DNA of 64,000 nucleotides from Flavobacteriaceae bacterium (GTDB lineage: Bacteria; Bacteroidota; Bacteroidia; Flavobacteriales; Weeksellaceae), in assembly GCA_030529185.1 (NCBI GenBank), contig JAUMXI010000006.1, forward strand, positions 3,159 to 67,158, read 5' to 3'. The notes beneath the pieces were generated by a model. The model worked only from the letters and a program-made list of their open reading frames with translations. It was not told where the DNA came from and ran no database searches. A program made the position numbers and the translations under genes. Position 1 is the stretch's first letter. Every line of letters starts with the position of its first letter. Positions 9,966 through 19,285 of this stretch are shown in pieces.

Positions 9966-10994
9966 TTACTTTATTATAATTTCATTTTTGTATGCTTCAT
10001 TCTTGGTGAAACCTTGCTCCTCCATCCAATCGTCGCTATAAACTTTGGTCATATATTTAGAGCCGTGGTCAGGAAAAATCACTACCACTACATCACTTTC
10101 TTTGAAAGGATTTTCTTTAGCATATTGCTTCAAACCTTGAACAACAGCCCCTGTAGTATATCCCCCTAAAATAGCTTCTTTAAGAGCAACTTCACGCGTC
10201 ATATACGCACTATCTTCATCATTTACCCTTACATATTCATCTATTTTATCAAAAAGAACCGTATCTGGGATTAGATTTTTCCCCAAACCTTCAATTTGAT
10301 AAGAATGAATTTCATCAGGATTGATTTCTCCCGTTTCGTGGTAGGTTTTTAAAATAGAACCATCGGCATCTATCCCAATAATTTTCACATTAGGATTTTT
10401 TTCTTTAATGAATTTCGCTGATCCCGATAGCGTTCCACCAGTCCCAGTGCAAGCCACCAAGTGAGTGATTTTACCTTCTGTTTGTTCCCAAATTTCTTTA
10501 CCAGTAGTAAGGTAATGGATTTCAACATTTAGTTCATTAAAATATTGATTAATATAAATAGAATTGGGCGTTTCTTTGGCAATTTTCTTTGCCACTTCGT
10601 AGTAAGAGCGAGGGTCATCTGCGGGAACGCTTGCAGGACAAACATACACCTCTGCACCCATAGTTTTTAAGAATGCTATTTTCTCTGGTTTGGTTTTATC
10701 ACTTACCACTACGATACAGCGATATCCTTTAATTACACTTATCATCGCCAGAGAAAAACCCGTATTTCCAGAAGTGGTTTCTACAATGGTTGCTCCTTTT
10801 TTTAAAAGTCCTTTTTTCTCGGCTGTTTCTATAATGTGTAGAGCAATTCTATCTTTCACGGAATGTCCAGGGTTGAACATCTCCAACTTCGCATAAACCT
10901 TCGCAGGAATTTCCGAAACTATCTCGTTAAGCTTTAGCATAGGGGTCTGCCCTATCAGTTCTAAAATATTGTTATAAACATTAGCCATCTGCAC
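9966..10994 (-). CDS. PLP-dependent fold-type-II beta-replacement enzyme (cysteine synthase/CBS family)
   Basis: 342 aa with …GQTPMLKLN…NPGHSVKDRIA… and …TTSGNTG…, typical of CysK/CysM/CBS catalytic cores. It sits 11 nt upstream of the AOS-family gene on the same strand. Confidence 0.8.
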   Translation of the reverse strand: MQMANVYNNILELIGQTPMLKLNEIVSEIPAKVYAKLEMFNPGHSVKDRIALHIIETAEKKGLLKKGATIVETTSGNTGFSLAMISVIKGYRCIVVVSDKTKPEKIAFLKTMGAEVYVCPASVPADDPRSYYEVAKKIAKETPNSIYINQYFNELNVEIHYLTTGKEIWEQTEGKITHLVACTGTGGTLSGSAKFIKEKNPNVKIIGIDADGSILKTYHETGEINPDEIHSYQIEGLGKNLIPDTVLFDKIDEYVRVNDEDSAYMTREVALKEAILGGYTTGAVVQGLKQYAKENPFKESDVVVVIFPDHGSKYMTKVYSDDWMEEQGFTKNEAYKNEIIIK

Positions 10995-11069
10995 TATTTT
11001 AAATTCATCAATATTTGCAAAAATAAAAAATTAAAACCTATCAGCATTTATTTTTTAGTTAAATTTAAT

Positions 11070-11441
11070 CTAAATTTTACATTTCATTTTCAATATTTTC
11101 TGAATGAAATAGCCAAGTATAGCTCCGAAAATATCAGCCAAGAAATCCATCATCTCCATCGTTCGCCCCAATGCCATTACTTCTTGTAAAACTTCCGTGA
11201 GAAAAGCATAAACGAGCATTATACCGATAAAGACAATAAACTTTTGCTTTGGGAAAGCCATAAGATAGCAAAAGCCAAGCACTAAAAATGCCGAAATATG
11301 AACCACTTTATCCATATTGGCAAAGTCTATCCATAAATCCTCTTTTTCTGTATTGCTCGGTCTGAGAAGTACATAAGTAAGAATTGCCCAATAAATGGGC
11401 AAAATCTTATATCTAAATAGTATCTTAAATTTATCCACCAA
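11070..11441 (-). CDS. VanZ-like family membrane protein
   Basis: 123 aa, 4 TM, VanZ-like pattern (…[14 protein letters not shown]…). Overlaps the gcvH stop by 11 nt. Confidence 0.5.
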   Translation of the reverse strand: MVDKFKILFRYKILPIYWAILTYVLLRPSNTEKEDLWIDFANMDKVVHISAFLVLGFCYLMAFPKQKFIVFIGIMLVYAFLTEVLQEVMALGRTMEMMDFLADIFGAILGYFIQKILKMKCKI

Positions 11442-11820
11442 TTACTTCTTGGTATTGTTCTGCCGTAAGCAATTCAGAAAGGTCTGCATCGCTGGCAATT
11501 TCCAATTTAATAATCCAGCCCTCTCCGTAAGGGTCGCTATTTACCAATTCTGGCTCGCTTTCTAAAGTTTCATTAAACTCAATTACTTTTCCTGAAAGAG
11601 GCAAATACAAATCTGAAACCGTTTTCACAGCCTCTACACTTCCGAAAACATCTCCCGCACCCAATTCATCATCTACGCTATCTACATCTACGAAAACAAT
11701 GTCCCCCAATTCTCCTTGTGCGAAATCTGTAATTCCTACAACGGCTACATTCCCTTCAATTCTCACCCACTCGTGGTCTTTTGTGTACTTTAATTCTGCT
11801 GGTATATTCATTTTATTCAA
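11431..11820 (-). CDS. gcvH: glycine cleavage system H protein
   Basis: 129 aa with …YTKDHEWV…GITDFAQ…LGDIVFV…[11 protein letters not shown]…, containing the lipoyl-lysine motif. Confidence 0.9.
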   Translation of the reverse strand: MNKMNIPAELKYTKDHEWVRIEGNVAVVGITDFAQGELGDIVFVDVDSVDDELGAGDVFGSVEAVKTVSDLYLPLSGKVIEFNETLESEPELVNSDPYGEGWIIKLEIASDADLSELLTAEQYQEVIGG

Positions 11821-11953
11821 ATTTTTCCCAAAATTAGCTTTTATTTATGAAAAAACCAAAATTATTTGAGATTATCTTGATATGATAAAACTCATTGTTT
11901 TTATTTCATATTTTTAATCTATATTTGTGGATTATATTAGATTTGTTTTCTAA

Positions 11954-12580
11954 ATGCAGAAAAAATTTAATTCAAAGCAGATTCACATTCTCAATATCGC
12001 CGAGGAGCTCATTGCTAAAAATGGGTTTAAGGACACCTCTGTCCGAGAAATTTCCAGCAAAGCAAAAGTAAATGTTGCGATGATTTCTTACTATTTCGGT
12101 TCAAAAGAAAAAATGATGAATGCCCTCTACGAATACCGCGTGCAGAGGAGCAAACAAAAATTTTCGGAATTTACCCAAACCATAATAAACGGAAGACCCG
12201 ATATGCAGTTGAAAGAAATCATCAACTTCATCGTAAGCGAAATACTGAAATACAAACACTTCCACGGGTTTGTCACACAAGAAATGCAACATTCCGAAAG
12301 CACCAGGGAACTTTTAACAGATTTTTACCTCGTTTCCACAGAAATCATTCAAAAAATCATAGCCAAAGGGATTTCCATCGGGATTTTTAAGAAAGCGGCA
12401 AAAGCAGAGGACCTTATTTCTACCATTATCGGAACCTTACTTTTTACCATTAGGAATAAAGCTTTTTACGCTAAATTTTTAAATTGCTCTACAGACGAAC
12501 TCCCTTTTAATATAGAGGATAAGGTAAAGACGCACCTCCAGCAATGTACCTTCTCTCTCTTGGGGTATGATGGACACTAA
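11954..12580 (+). CDS. TetR/AcrR family transcriptional regulator
   Basis: 208 aa with an N-terminal HTH (…ELIAKNGFKDTSVREISSKAKVNVAMISYYF…). A TATATTTG -7-like motif lies about 30 nt upstream. Confidence 0.8.
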   Translation: MQKKFNSKQIHILNIAEELIAKNGFKDTSVREISSKAKVNVAMISYYFGSKEKMMNALYEYRVQRSKQKFSEFTQTIINGRPDMQLKEIINFIVSEILKYKHFHGFVTQEMQHSESTRELLTDFYLVSTEIIQKIIAKGISIGIFKKAAKAEDLISTIIGTLLFTIRNKAFYAKFLNCSTDELPFNIEDKVKTHLQQCTFSLLGYDGH

Positions 12581-12642
12581 ACCTATCGTTGAAATAATAA
12601 TTTTTTGTTAAATTCTAATTTTCTGATAAAAAAAATATATTT

Positions 12643-13476
12643 TTGTCGTTTAAAATAGTTTTAAATCTTATGAAAAAATATATCGCTATCGTTTCTCTAT
12701 CATTATTAGGATTATCTTGTAATAAGCAACATAGCTTAGCAATGAAAAGTGCCGACAAAGAGTTCATCCTCAATACAGCTAATGAGTTTTACGCTCAAAA
12801 AAAATGGTCAAAGGCTCTTTCGCTTTACGATAGGTTGCCCAATTTGGTAGCAGGAACGAATGACGCTCCTGAAGTGGTTTTCAGGTCTGCGTATGCCAAT
12901 TATTACGATAAAAACTACAAACTAGCTGGGCATCAGTTCCGAAGTTTTTCTCATACCTTTGTGAAAGACCCAAGAAGAGAGGAGGCTGCTTATATGTCCG
13001 CCATTTGTTATTTTGAAGATTCTAATGAATATAATTTAGACCAATCCAGTACAGAAATGGCAATTAACAATCTTCAAGATTTTTTAAACAATTACCCTAA
13101 CTCCGAGAGAGCAAAAGACATTAACGAAAAAATAGAAAGCCTTACTACAAAACTGGAAAAAAAATATTACGAACACGCTAAACAATACTTTAAAATGGGG
13201 GATTATCGTGCTTCGGTGACGGCTTTTGAAAACTTACTGGAAGACTACCCTAGCACCATATTTAAACAGCAAAGTATGGACTACATCATGCGAGGGAAAT
13301 ACGAACTAGGAATGCACTCCGTATTTGATTTAAAAAAAGACCGACTGGAAAACGCCATCGCCTTTTCTCGCCAAGTAGAAAAAGATTACCCTGAAACTTC
13401 TTCGACAAAAGAGGCTCTCCAAATGAGAAATAAACTTTTAAAAGAACTTGAAAAACATTTGGAAATTCTCAAATAA
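12643..13476 (+). CDS. bamD: outer membrane protein assembly factor BamD (TPR lipoprotein)
   Basis: Lipobox LLGLSCNK, TPR-like helices, and rpoZ-coaBC immediately downstream. The true start may be the internal Met at 12670. Confidence 0.7.
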   Translation: MSFKIVLNLMKKYIAIVSLSLLGLSCNKQHSLAMKSADKEFILNTANEFYAQKKWSKALSLYDRLPNLVAGTNDAPEVVFRSAYANYYDKNYKLAGHQFRSFSHTFVKDPRREEAAYMSAICYFEDSNEYNLDQSSTEMAINNLQDFLNNYPNSERAKDINEKIESLTTKLEKKYYEHAKQYFKMGDYRASVTAFENLLEDYPSTIFKQQSMDYIMRGKYELGMHSVFDLKKDRLENAIAFSRQVEKDYPETSSTKEALQMRNKLLKELEKHLEILK

Positions 13477-13530
13477 GTAGAAGCCAAAAGAGCCGAAATT
13501 CTTGAAAAGCAAAAAGAAAAATAATTTTTT

Positions 13531-13561
13531 TTGGAAGTGTTTTTAATTTTAACTAAATTTG
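13531..13561 (+). promoter_or_regulatory. candidate Bacteroidota sigma-A promoter (TTG …20 nt… TAAATTTG) for rpoZ
   Basis: TTG at 13531-13533 and TAAATTTG at 13554-13561, about 20 nt upstream of the ATG at 13581. This matches the TTTG/TAnnTTTG Bacteroidetes consensus. Confidence 0.35.
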
Positions 13562-13580
13562 CAAAATTAATTTTCATCAG

Positions 13581-13901
13581 ATGAGCAACGAAAAAAATAC
13601 AAAAGCAGAAATCAATACCATTACTTACAATAGAAATCAAATTGAAGAAAAAGTAGGAAGCATCTACGAAGCAATTGTAATTATGGGAAAAAGAGCAGAG
13701 CAAATTAATGCTGAGATAAGAACAGAACTTCACAATAAACTCAATGAATTTGCTGTGCATAATGCTACTTTGGAAGAAGTTTTTGAAAATAGAGAGCAAA
13801 TAGAAATCTCTAAACACTACGAAAAACAACCAAAACCGACTTCTATAGCCATAAAAGAATGGCTAAATGATGAAATATATTTCAGAAGAACAGATAGATA
13901 G
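13581..13901 (+). CDS. rpoZ: DNA-directed RNA polymerase subunit omega (probable)
   Basis: 106 aa. …SIYEAIVIMGKRAEQI… matches the RpoZ hydrophobic-x-(K/R)RAxQ core, and the position directly upstream of coaBC is a conserved rpoZ-coaBC arrangement. Confidence 0.6.
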   Translation: MSNEKNTKAEINTITYNRNQIEEKVGSIYEAIVIMGKRAEQINAEIRTELHNKLNEFAVHNATLEEVFENREQIEISKHYEKQPKPTSIAIKEWLNDEIYFRRTDR

Positions 13902-13920
13902 TTTTCATATTATATAGTTA

Positions 13921-13951
13921 AAAGTTGCAATGTTTTTATTGCAACTTTTTT
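13921..13951 (+). terminator. rho-independent terminator after rpoZ
   Basis: Arms AAAGTTGCAAT and ATTGCAACTTT with loop GTTTTT, followed by a T-run at 13946-13951. Confidence 0.55.
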
Positions 13952-13989
13952 ATTTTTAAGTAAATTTGCCTTACAAACCTTTTTAAACA

Positions 13990-15195
13990 ATGAGTCTATT
14001 AAACAGAAAGAAATTATTAATCGCCATCACGGGAGGCATTGCAGGTTATAAAATCAAGCAGTTGGTAAGAGATTTTGTAAAAAACGGTGCGGAAATTCAA
14101 GTTATTTTAACGCCTTCTGCTAAGGATTTTGTAAGTCCTCTCACGCTTTCTACACTCTCTAAAAAGCCTGTCTATAGCGATTTTTTCAACTCCAATGGCG
14201 AGTGGAATAGCCATATAGATTTGGCACTTTGGGCTGATGTGATGCTTATTGCTCCTTGCACTGCCAACACTTTGGGAAAAATGGTGAATGGAATTTGTGA
14301 TAACCTCGTTATTGCCACTTATCTTTCTGCAAAATGTCCTATTTTCATCGCCCCCGCAATGGATTTGGATATGTATGCTCATCCTTCTACAAAAAGGAAT
14401 TTAACTCTTGCTGAGTCTTACGGACATCGCATTATTCCTGCTGAAAGTGGAGAGTTAGCAAGTGGTCTTGTAGGAGAAGGCAGATTGGCTGAAATTGATA
14501 CGATTTTCAATCAAATTGTGGGATTTTTCCAACAAGAAGAAAGAAAAAAATCATTATCTGGGAAAACTATTTTGATTACTGCTGGACCAACTCACGAAGC
14601 CATTGACCCAGTGAGATTTATCGGAAATCATTCTTCTGGGAAAATGGGATTTGCCATTGCCGAAGAGGCTCAAAAAAGAGGAGCAAAGGTTATTTTAGTT
14701 TCCGGTCCTACTTCTTTAACCGCTAACAGTGATATTCATTTAGAAAAAATTACTTCGGCAAAAGAGATGTTTGACCAAGTTTTTCAACATTATCACCAAG
14801 CCGATATTGCGATAATGAGTGCTGCCGTTGCCGATTATACCCCCAAAGTAGTAGCTCAAGAGAAAATAAAGAAAAATGACGAAGAAATCACCTTGACCCT
14901 AACCAAAAATCCCGATATTCTCAAAACTATGGGAGAGCAAAAGAAAAATCAATTTTTGGTAGGATTTGCTTTAGAAACACAAAATGAAGAGGAAAACGCC
15001 AAAGCCAAATTAGAACGCAAAAATTTGGATATGATTGTCCTCAACTCACTGAAAGACAATGGGGCGGGATTTCAACATTCAACCAATAAAATAAAAATCA
15101 TTACTCCAAAGGAACAAAAAGACTTCCCCTTAAAATCAAAAGAAGAAGTCGCAAAAGATATTTTGAATTTTATTGAGGAGAAACTTAATTTATGA
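13990..15195 (+). CDS. coaBC: bifunctional phosphopantothenoylcysteine decarboxylase / phosphopantothenate-cysteine ligase
   Basis: 401 aa with N-terminal flavoprotein domain (KKLLIAITGGIAGYK) and C-terminal DFP/CoaB ligase domain. Confidence 0.9.
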   Translation: MSLLNRKKLLIAITGGIAGYKIKQLVRDFVKNGAEIQVILTPSAKDFVSPLTLSTLSKKPVYSDFFNSNGEWNSHIDLALWADVMLIAPCTANTLGKMVNGICDNLVIATYLSAKCPIFIAPAMDLDMYAHPSTKRNLTLAESYGHRIIPAESGELASGLVGEGRLAEIDTIFNQIVGFFQQEERKKSLSGKTILITAGPTHEAIDPVRFIGNHSSGKMGFAIAEEAQKRGAKVILVSGPTSLTANSDIHLEKITSAKEMFDQVFQHYHQADIAIMSAAVADYTPKVVAQEKIKKNDEEITLTLTKNPDILKTMGEQKKNQFLVGFALETQNEEENAKAKLERKNLDMIVLNSLKDNGAGFQHSTNKIKIITPKEQKDFPLKSKEEVAKDILNFIEEKLNL

Positions 15196-15957
15196 TTTTG
15201 ATTGATAAGGAATTACAAAAAAATCTTCGCCGTCTCGTATCATTTTCATTTTTACGCCGTAGAGATTTTCTAAATTTTCTACGCTAATCACATCTTTTTT
15301 CCCTTGTGCAAAGACTTTACCAGATTTAAGCAAAAGGAATTGATTGCAATACTGCAAAGCCAAATTAATATCGTGGAGCGTAATCATAATGGTTTTCCCT
15401 TGATTGGAAAGGGATTTTAGCAGTTCCATAATCTCGATTTGATATTTCACATCAAGGTTATTGGTCGGTTCATCTAAAAGAATAATGGGTGTTTCCTGAA
15501 CGATTGCCCTTGCCACATATACCATCTGCTGTTGTCCCCCACTCAATTCATTAAAATCTCTCATTGATAAATGAGAAATTCCTAATATCTCCATCACATC
15601 TGAAACGCGTTGATAATCCTTATCAGAAGGTTTCCAAGCCATATAGGGCATTCTCCCAGAAAGCACCATATCAAAAACCTTAACTCCAGAAACCTTTGTC
15701 TCATATTGAGGGACATAGGCTATTTTTTTTGCCATTTCTGTATAAGAAATTTCCGCAATATTTTGTCCTTCTACTTTAATTTTCCCTTTATTTGGCGAAA
15801 AAATTTTGTTGATGCATTTCATCAGAGTGCTTTTTCCCGAGCCATTAGCCCCCACCAACGCCACCATATCTCCTTGATGGATATCAGTGGTAATTCCTTT
15901 TAAAATAGGATTTTTTTCATAATTAAACTCTAAATTTTCTATTTCTATCAGTTTCAT
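15190..15957 (-). CDS. ABC transporter ATP-binding protein (iron-complex/FecE-type)
   Basis: Walker A VGANGSGKSTL, signature LSGGQQQ, Walker B ILLLDEP. Confidence 0.85.
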   Translation of the reverse strand: MKLIEIENLEFNYEKNPILKGITTDIHQGDMVALVGANGSGKSTLMKCINKIFSPNKGKIKVEGQNIAEISYTEMAKKIAYVPQYETKVSGVKVFDMVLSGRMPYMAWKPSDKDYQRVSDVMEILGISHLSMRDFNELSGGQQQMVYVARAIVQETPIILLDEPTNNLDVKYQIEIMELLKSLSNQGKTIMITLHDINLALQYCNQFLLLKSGKVFAQGKKDVISVENLENLYGVKMKMIRDGEDFFVIPYQSKS

Positions 15958-16982
15958 TAATGTTTAGATTTAATTAATAGATAAATGAAAAGCGGTGCCC
16001 CTAAGAAGGAAGTGACAATCCCAACGGGCAAAATAATAGGGGAAATGATGGTTCTGGCAAAAGTATCCGCCAACAAAAGCAATAGTGCTCCAAAAACAGC
16101 CGAACTCGGTATGAGAAACATCTCATTATTTCCTATAATTCTACGCATAATATGAGGCCCTAAAAGCCCAACGAAGCCTATCATTCCGTAGAATGCCACG
16201 GTAAGAGCCGTAATCAGCGAGGCTAAAATCATTCCTTGAAGCCTTATTTTTTCTGGATTTATTCCCAAACTTTTGGCATAATCATCTCCTGTTTTCAGTA
16301 GATTATAGCTCCAACTTTTTTTCATAAAATATATAAACCCAATGCAAAAACACCCAAAAACCAAGGCTATATCTTCCCAGCCAGAACGCCCCATATCACC
16401 AAAAGACCAGAAAACCATATTCGCTAACTGGACATCATTAGCAAAATACTGCAAAGCCGAAATCCCTGCACTAAACAAAGCACTCAGCACCACACCAGAT
16501 AGGATAATCGTCTGTGGATTAGAATTTTTCATTCGTGAGAGAATAATAATCAAAACAATGCTCACCATACTCCACAAAAAAGCCGAAAAGCCTATAATAT
16601 ATTGACTATAAGCCCCAACTTGTTCGACCAAAAATAAAATCGCAAAAGCCGCTCCAAAAGCCGAAGAGCTGGAAATTCCTAAAGTAAAAGGCGATGCCAA
16701 AGGGTTTCTCATCAAACTCTGCGAGACCACTCCTGCGACCGATAGTACAGCCCCCGTAAGCACCGAAGCTACCACCCTTGGCATTCGGATTTGGGTAATC
16801 ACTCTATTGATTGTGCTATTTTCATCTGTCCAAAAATCTTTAATATTTTGAAAATTCACCTCAAAAGAGCCTATCAATAAAGCCACTTGAATAGATAAGA
16901 GCAACAAAATGAGTAAAGCGAAGATGATGGTTAATCTTCGCTTGTTATAATTTTTATACTCTTTTACAAAATCTGATTTCAT
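15957..16982 (-). CDS. FecCD-family iron-complex ABC permease
   Basis: 341 aa with about 9 TM and FecCD/BtuC-like topology. ATGA start/stop overlap with the ATPase gene. Confidence 0.8.
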   Translation of the reverse strand: MKSDFVKEYKNYNKRRLTIIFALLILLLLSIQVALLIGSFEVNFQNIKDFWTDENSTINRVITQIRMPRVVASVLTGAVLSVAGVVSQSLMRNPLASPFTLGISSSSAFGAAFAILFLVEQVGAYSQYIIGFSAFLWSMVSIVLIIILSRMKNSNPQTIILSGVVLSALFSAGISALQYFANDVQLANMVFWSFGDMGRSGWEDIALVFGCFCIGFIYFMKKSWSYNLLKTGDDYAKSLGINPEKIRLQGMILASLITALTVAFYGMIGFVGLLGPHIMRRIIGNNEMFLIPSSAVFGALLLLLADTFARTIISPIILPVGIVTSFLGAPLFIYLLIKSKH

Positions 16983-16991
16983 TTTATAAAA

Positions 16992-19193
16992 TTAAAAATC
17001 TAATTTTAGAGAGGCAATGAAAGTTCTTGGGAAACCTACAAAATAGCCTGTACCACCTTCTAATTGCTGGTCTCCAAAAGTAATTACCCCTACATATTTT
17101 TTATCAAAAATATTTTTAACTTCTGCTCCAAACGAAACACTTGATTTTTTACCAAACTTGTGTTTATATCCAAAAGAAGCATCAAATAAGGTAAATTCTG
17201 GTATTTCTTCTTTATTGGTTGCATCGCCATATCTTTTGCCCGTATAGTTTGCAAACGCATTGGCATACAATCCTTTGTAATCATACATTAAGCCAGTTTT
17301 AAACATCCAAACGGGTACGGCTGGTGCTTGTTTTCCTTTAATTTCTAAAACTTTGCCTTTTTGATTAAGATTTTCTTTATAAGAAAATTTGGTATAAGAT
17401 GGATTCATAAAGAATGAAAGTCCTTTTGCTATATATACATAAGACTCTAATTCCGCTCCATATCCTTCTTGTTGCCCTACATTTTGGTTGTAATTTACAT
17501 TTACTCTGGAATCTACAACATTAGACAAAACATTATTTTGCTTAGTATAGAATACATTGGCGTTAATTTTAACCTTATCATAATCTACGATAATTCCTAA
17601 ATCAAAATTATCAGAAGTTTCTGTTTTCCAATTATCTAAAATACTCTGTAAAGTAATATTAGCATCTAAAAAGGCTTTTCTGTTATCCAAATAAGGGTTA
17701 GTGACTCCAGAATATTGTCTCATATATCCTTTACCATAATTGAGGTAAAACTCTAAATTCTTATTCGCTTCAAAACCAACCCCTACAGAAGGTAAAAACG
17801 CGTCATTCAGTCTTGTTTTAGTATTCAAATCTTCTGCTGGTTTTTCTTCTCTTACGAAAGAATTTTGTTTAGATGGCAGATATCTTGTGCTTCCTGGAGT
17901 TCTATACGCCATATATTTTAAACCTGCTTGAACTTTGAACTGACCAATATTATAAGCCAATTTGATATAAGGATTATGCAAATGTCCTAATCCATCTACA
18001 TCAATAAAAATATTTTTCCCTCTCGGCACTAAACCATTATTCGTAATGGAATTATTCACCGTAAAACCTTGGTTATCCGATGCTTCATACCAATATCCCA
18101 AAGAGTAATCTAAATTTTGAATTCTACCACGATAGCTAAACACTAAACCTGCCTGCCAAAAATCTCGTGTAATATCATTTTTTAATGGCTTTTTAATATT
18201 CCCCGCCGTCAAAGAATATTTTGCATTTTCTTTGGCATAATAAGGTTTTAAGAAGAAACTGTGGTCTTCACTCGGTTGGTATTGAATGGACATTATGCTA
18301 TTGATGTTTTCATAATTTCCACTATTATACCCGAAATAGAATCTATCTTGCTCTGGAATATTGGTCTGATGTTCATTAAAATCAAAGTTATAACTCTTAT
18401 CAAAATTCATTACATCTTTGTAATTCATCGGTCTAAAAGAATTTCTAAAAGTATGATTGTAAGTGGTGAATAACTCCATTTTCAAATGATTATTGAAATG
18501 ATGAGTAATCCCTAAAGAGAAATTCTTTCTTGTAGCCAATTTCCCAAAACCTTTCCATTTATTGGCATCGGTATAAGAGAAAGAAGTGTAAAAAGAGGTT
18601 TTTGTATCTTCTCCTGAAACGAACTCTCCGCTATCAAACCTTACGAAAGACCTTTTATAATTATTACTACCGAAGGACTGCATCAGTTCTAAGCCTGTTT
18701 CTCTTCCTGATCTTCTGAAAGACAAATCTATAGAACCGCCTCTATTCCCCGACCCAGTAAATACATCGGCAGGAACAGCACCTTTATACAAAGATACAGA
18801 GCCTAAATTTTCCTTATCATAAATATCTTCTCTTGCTCCGATAGGAGAAAGCCCGTAGTTTGGAATTCCCTCCATTGTCATTCCTGAAAACATACTTCTC
18901 ACCCCTCTTATTCTCATCACATTTTGCCCCAAACCATAGGCATCGGTAGTATTTACACTTACAGACGGCACGATATTCACAATATTGAAAATATTACTAT
19001 TAGCAACTACTCCTAAGGCATCTATTCCTTTTTTTGTGATTTCCGTTCCTGTATAGAGTTTGTCATCAATCTTTTTCGTAGGCTGAGTAACATTTTTTAC
19101 TACAACAACTTCTTTGATTTCCGTGGATGTCTCTTGTGCATTAATTTCTAATGAACCTCCTAATAAAATTATAGGAATAATAAATTTTCTCAT
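16992..19193 (-). CDS. TonB-dependent outer membrane receptor
   Basis: 733 aa with signal peptide, plug domain (…YTGTEITKKGIDALGVVAN…RGVRS…) and a C-terminal beta-barrel ending …LKLDF. Confidence 0.85.
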   Translation of the reverse strand: MRKFIIPIILLGGSLEINAQETSTEIKEVVVVKNVTQPTKKIDDKLYTGTEITKKGIDALGVVANSNIFNIVNIVPSVSVNTTDAYGLGQNVMRIRGVRSMFSGMTMEGIPNYGLSPIGAREDIYDKENLGSVSLYKGAVPADVFTGSGNRGGSIDLSFRRSGRETGLELMQSFGSNNYKRSFVRFDSGEFVSGEDTKTSFYTSFSYTDANKWKGFGKLATRKNFSLGITHHFNNHLKMELFTTYNHTFRNSFRPMNYKDVMNFDKSYNFDFNEHQTNIPEQDRFYFGYNSGNYENINSIMSIQYQPSEDHSFFLKPYYAKENAKYSLTAGNIKKPLKNDITRDFWQAGLVFSYRGRIQNLDYSLGYWYEASDNQGFTVNNSITNNGLVPRGKNIFIDVDGLGHLHNPYIKLAYNIGQFKVQAGLKYMAYRTPGSTRYLPSKQNSFVREEKPAEDLNTKTRLNDAFLPSVGVGFEANKNLEFYLNYGKGYMRQYSGVTNPYLDNRKAFLDANITLQSILDNWKTETSDNFDLGIIVDYDKVKINANVFYTKQNNVLSNVVDSRVNVNYNQNVGQQEGYGAELESYVYIAKGLSFFMNPSYTKFSYKENLNQKGKVLEIKGKQAPAVPVWMFKTGLMYDYKGLYANAFANYTGKRYGDATNKEEIPEFTLFDASFGYKHKFGKKSSVSFGAEVKNIFDKKYVGVITFGDQQLEGGTGYFVGFPRTFIASLKLDF

Positions 19194-19285
19194 TTCTGTT
19201 TTTATTTAAAATTAAATATTTTTCAAATATAAAAAAATTATCCATTACCGTAAAAGATAATGGATAATTTCTCATTTTCAATTAA

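Noticed and set aside
11821-11953. Possible glycine riboswitch upstream of gcvH
   Set aside because: The 133-nt region is extremely AT-rich and lacks the conserved GGAGAG / CACCG-type aptamer cores, so I see no support.
13386-13829. 147-aa minus-strand ORF overlapping the bamD end and rpoZ
   Set aside because: It overlaps two well-supported plus-strand genes and is F/I/N-rich low-complexity, so it is spurious.
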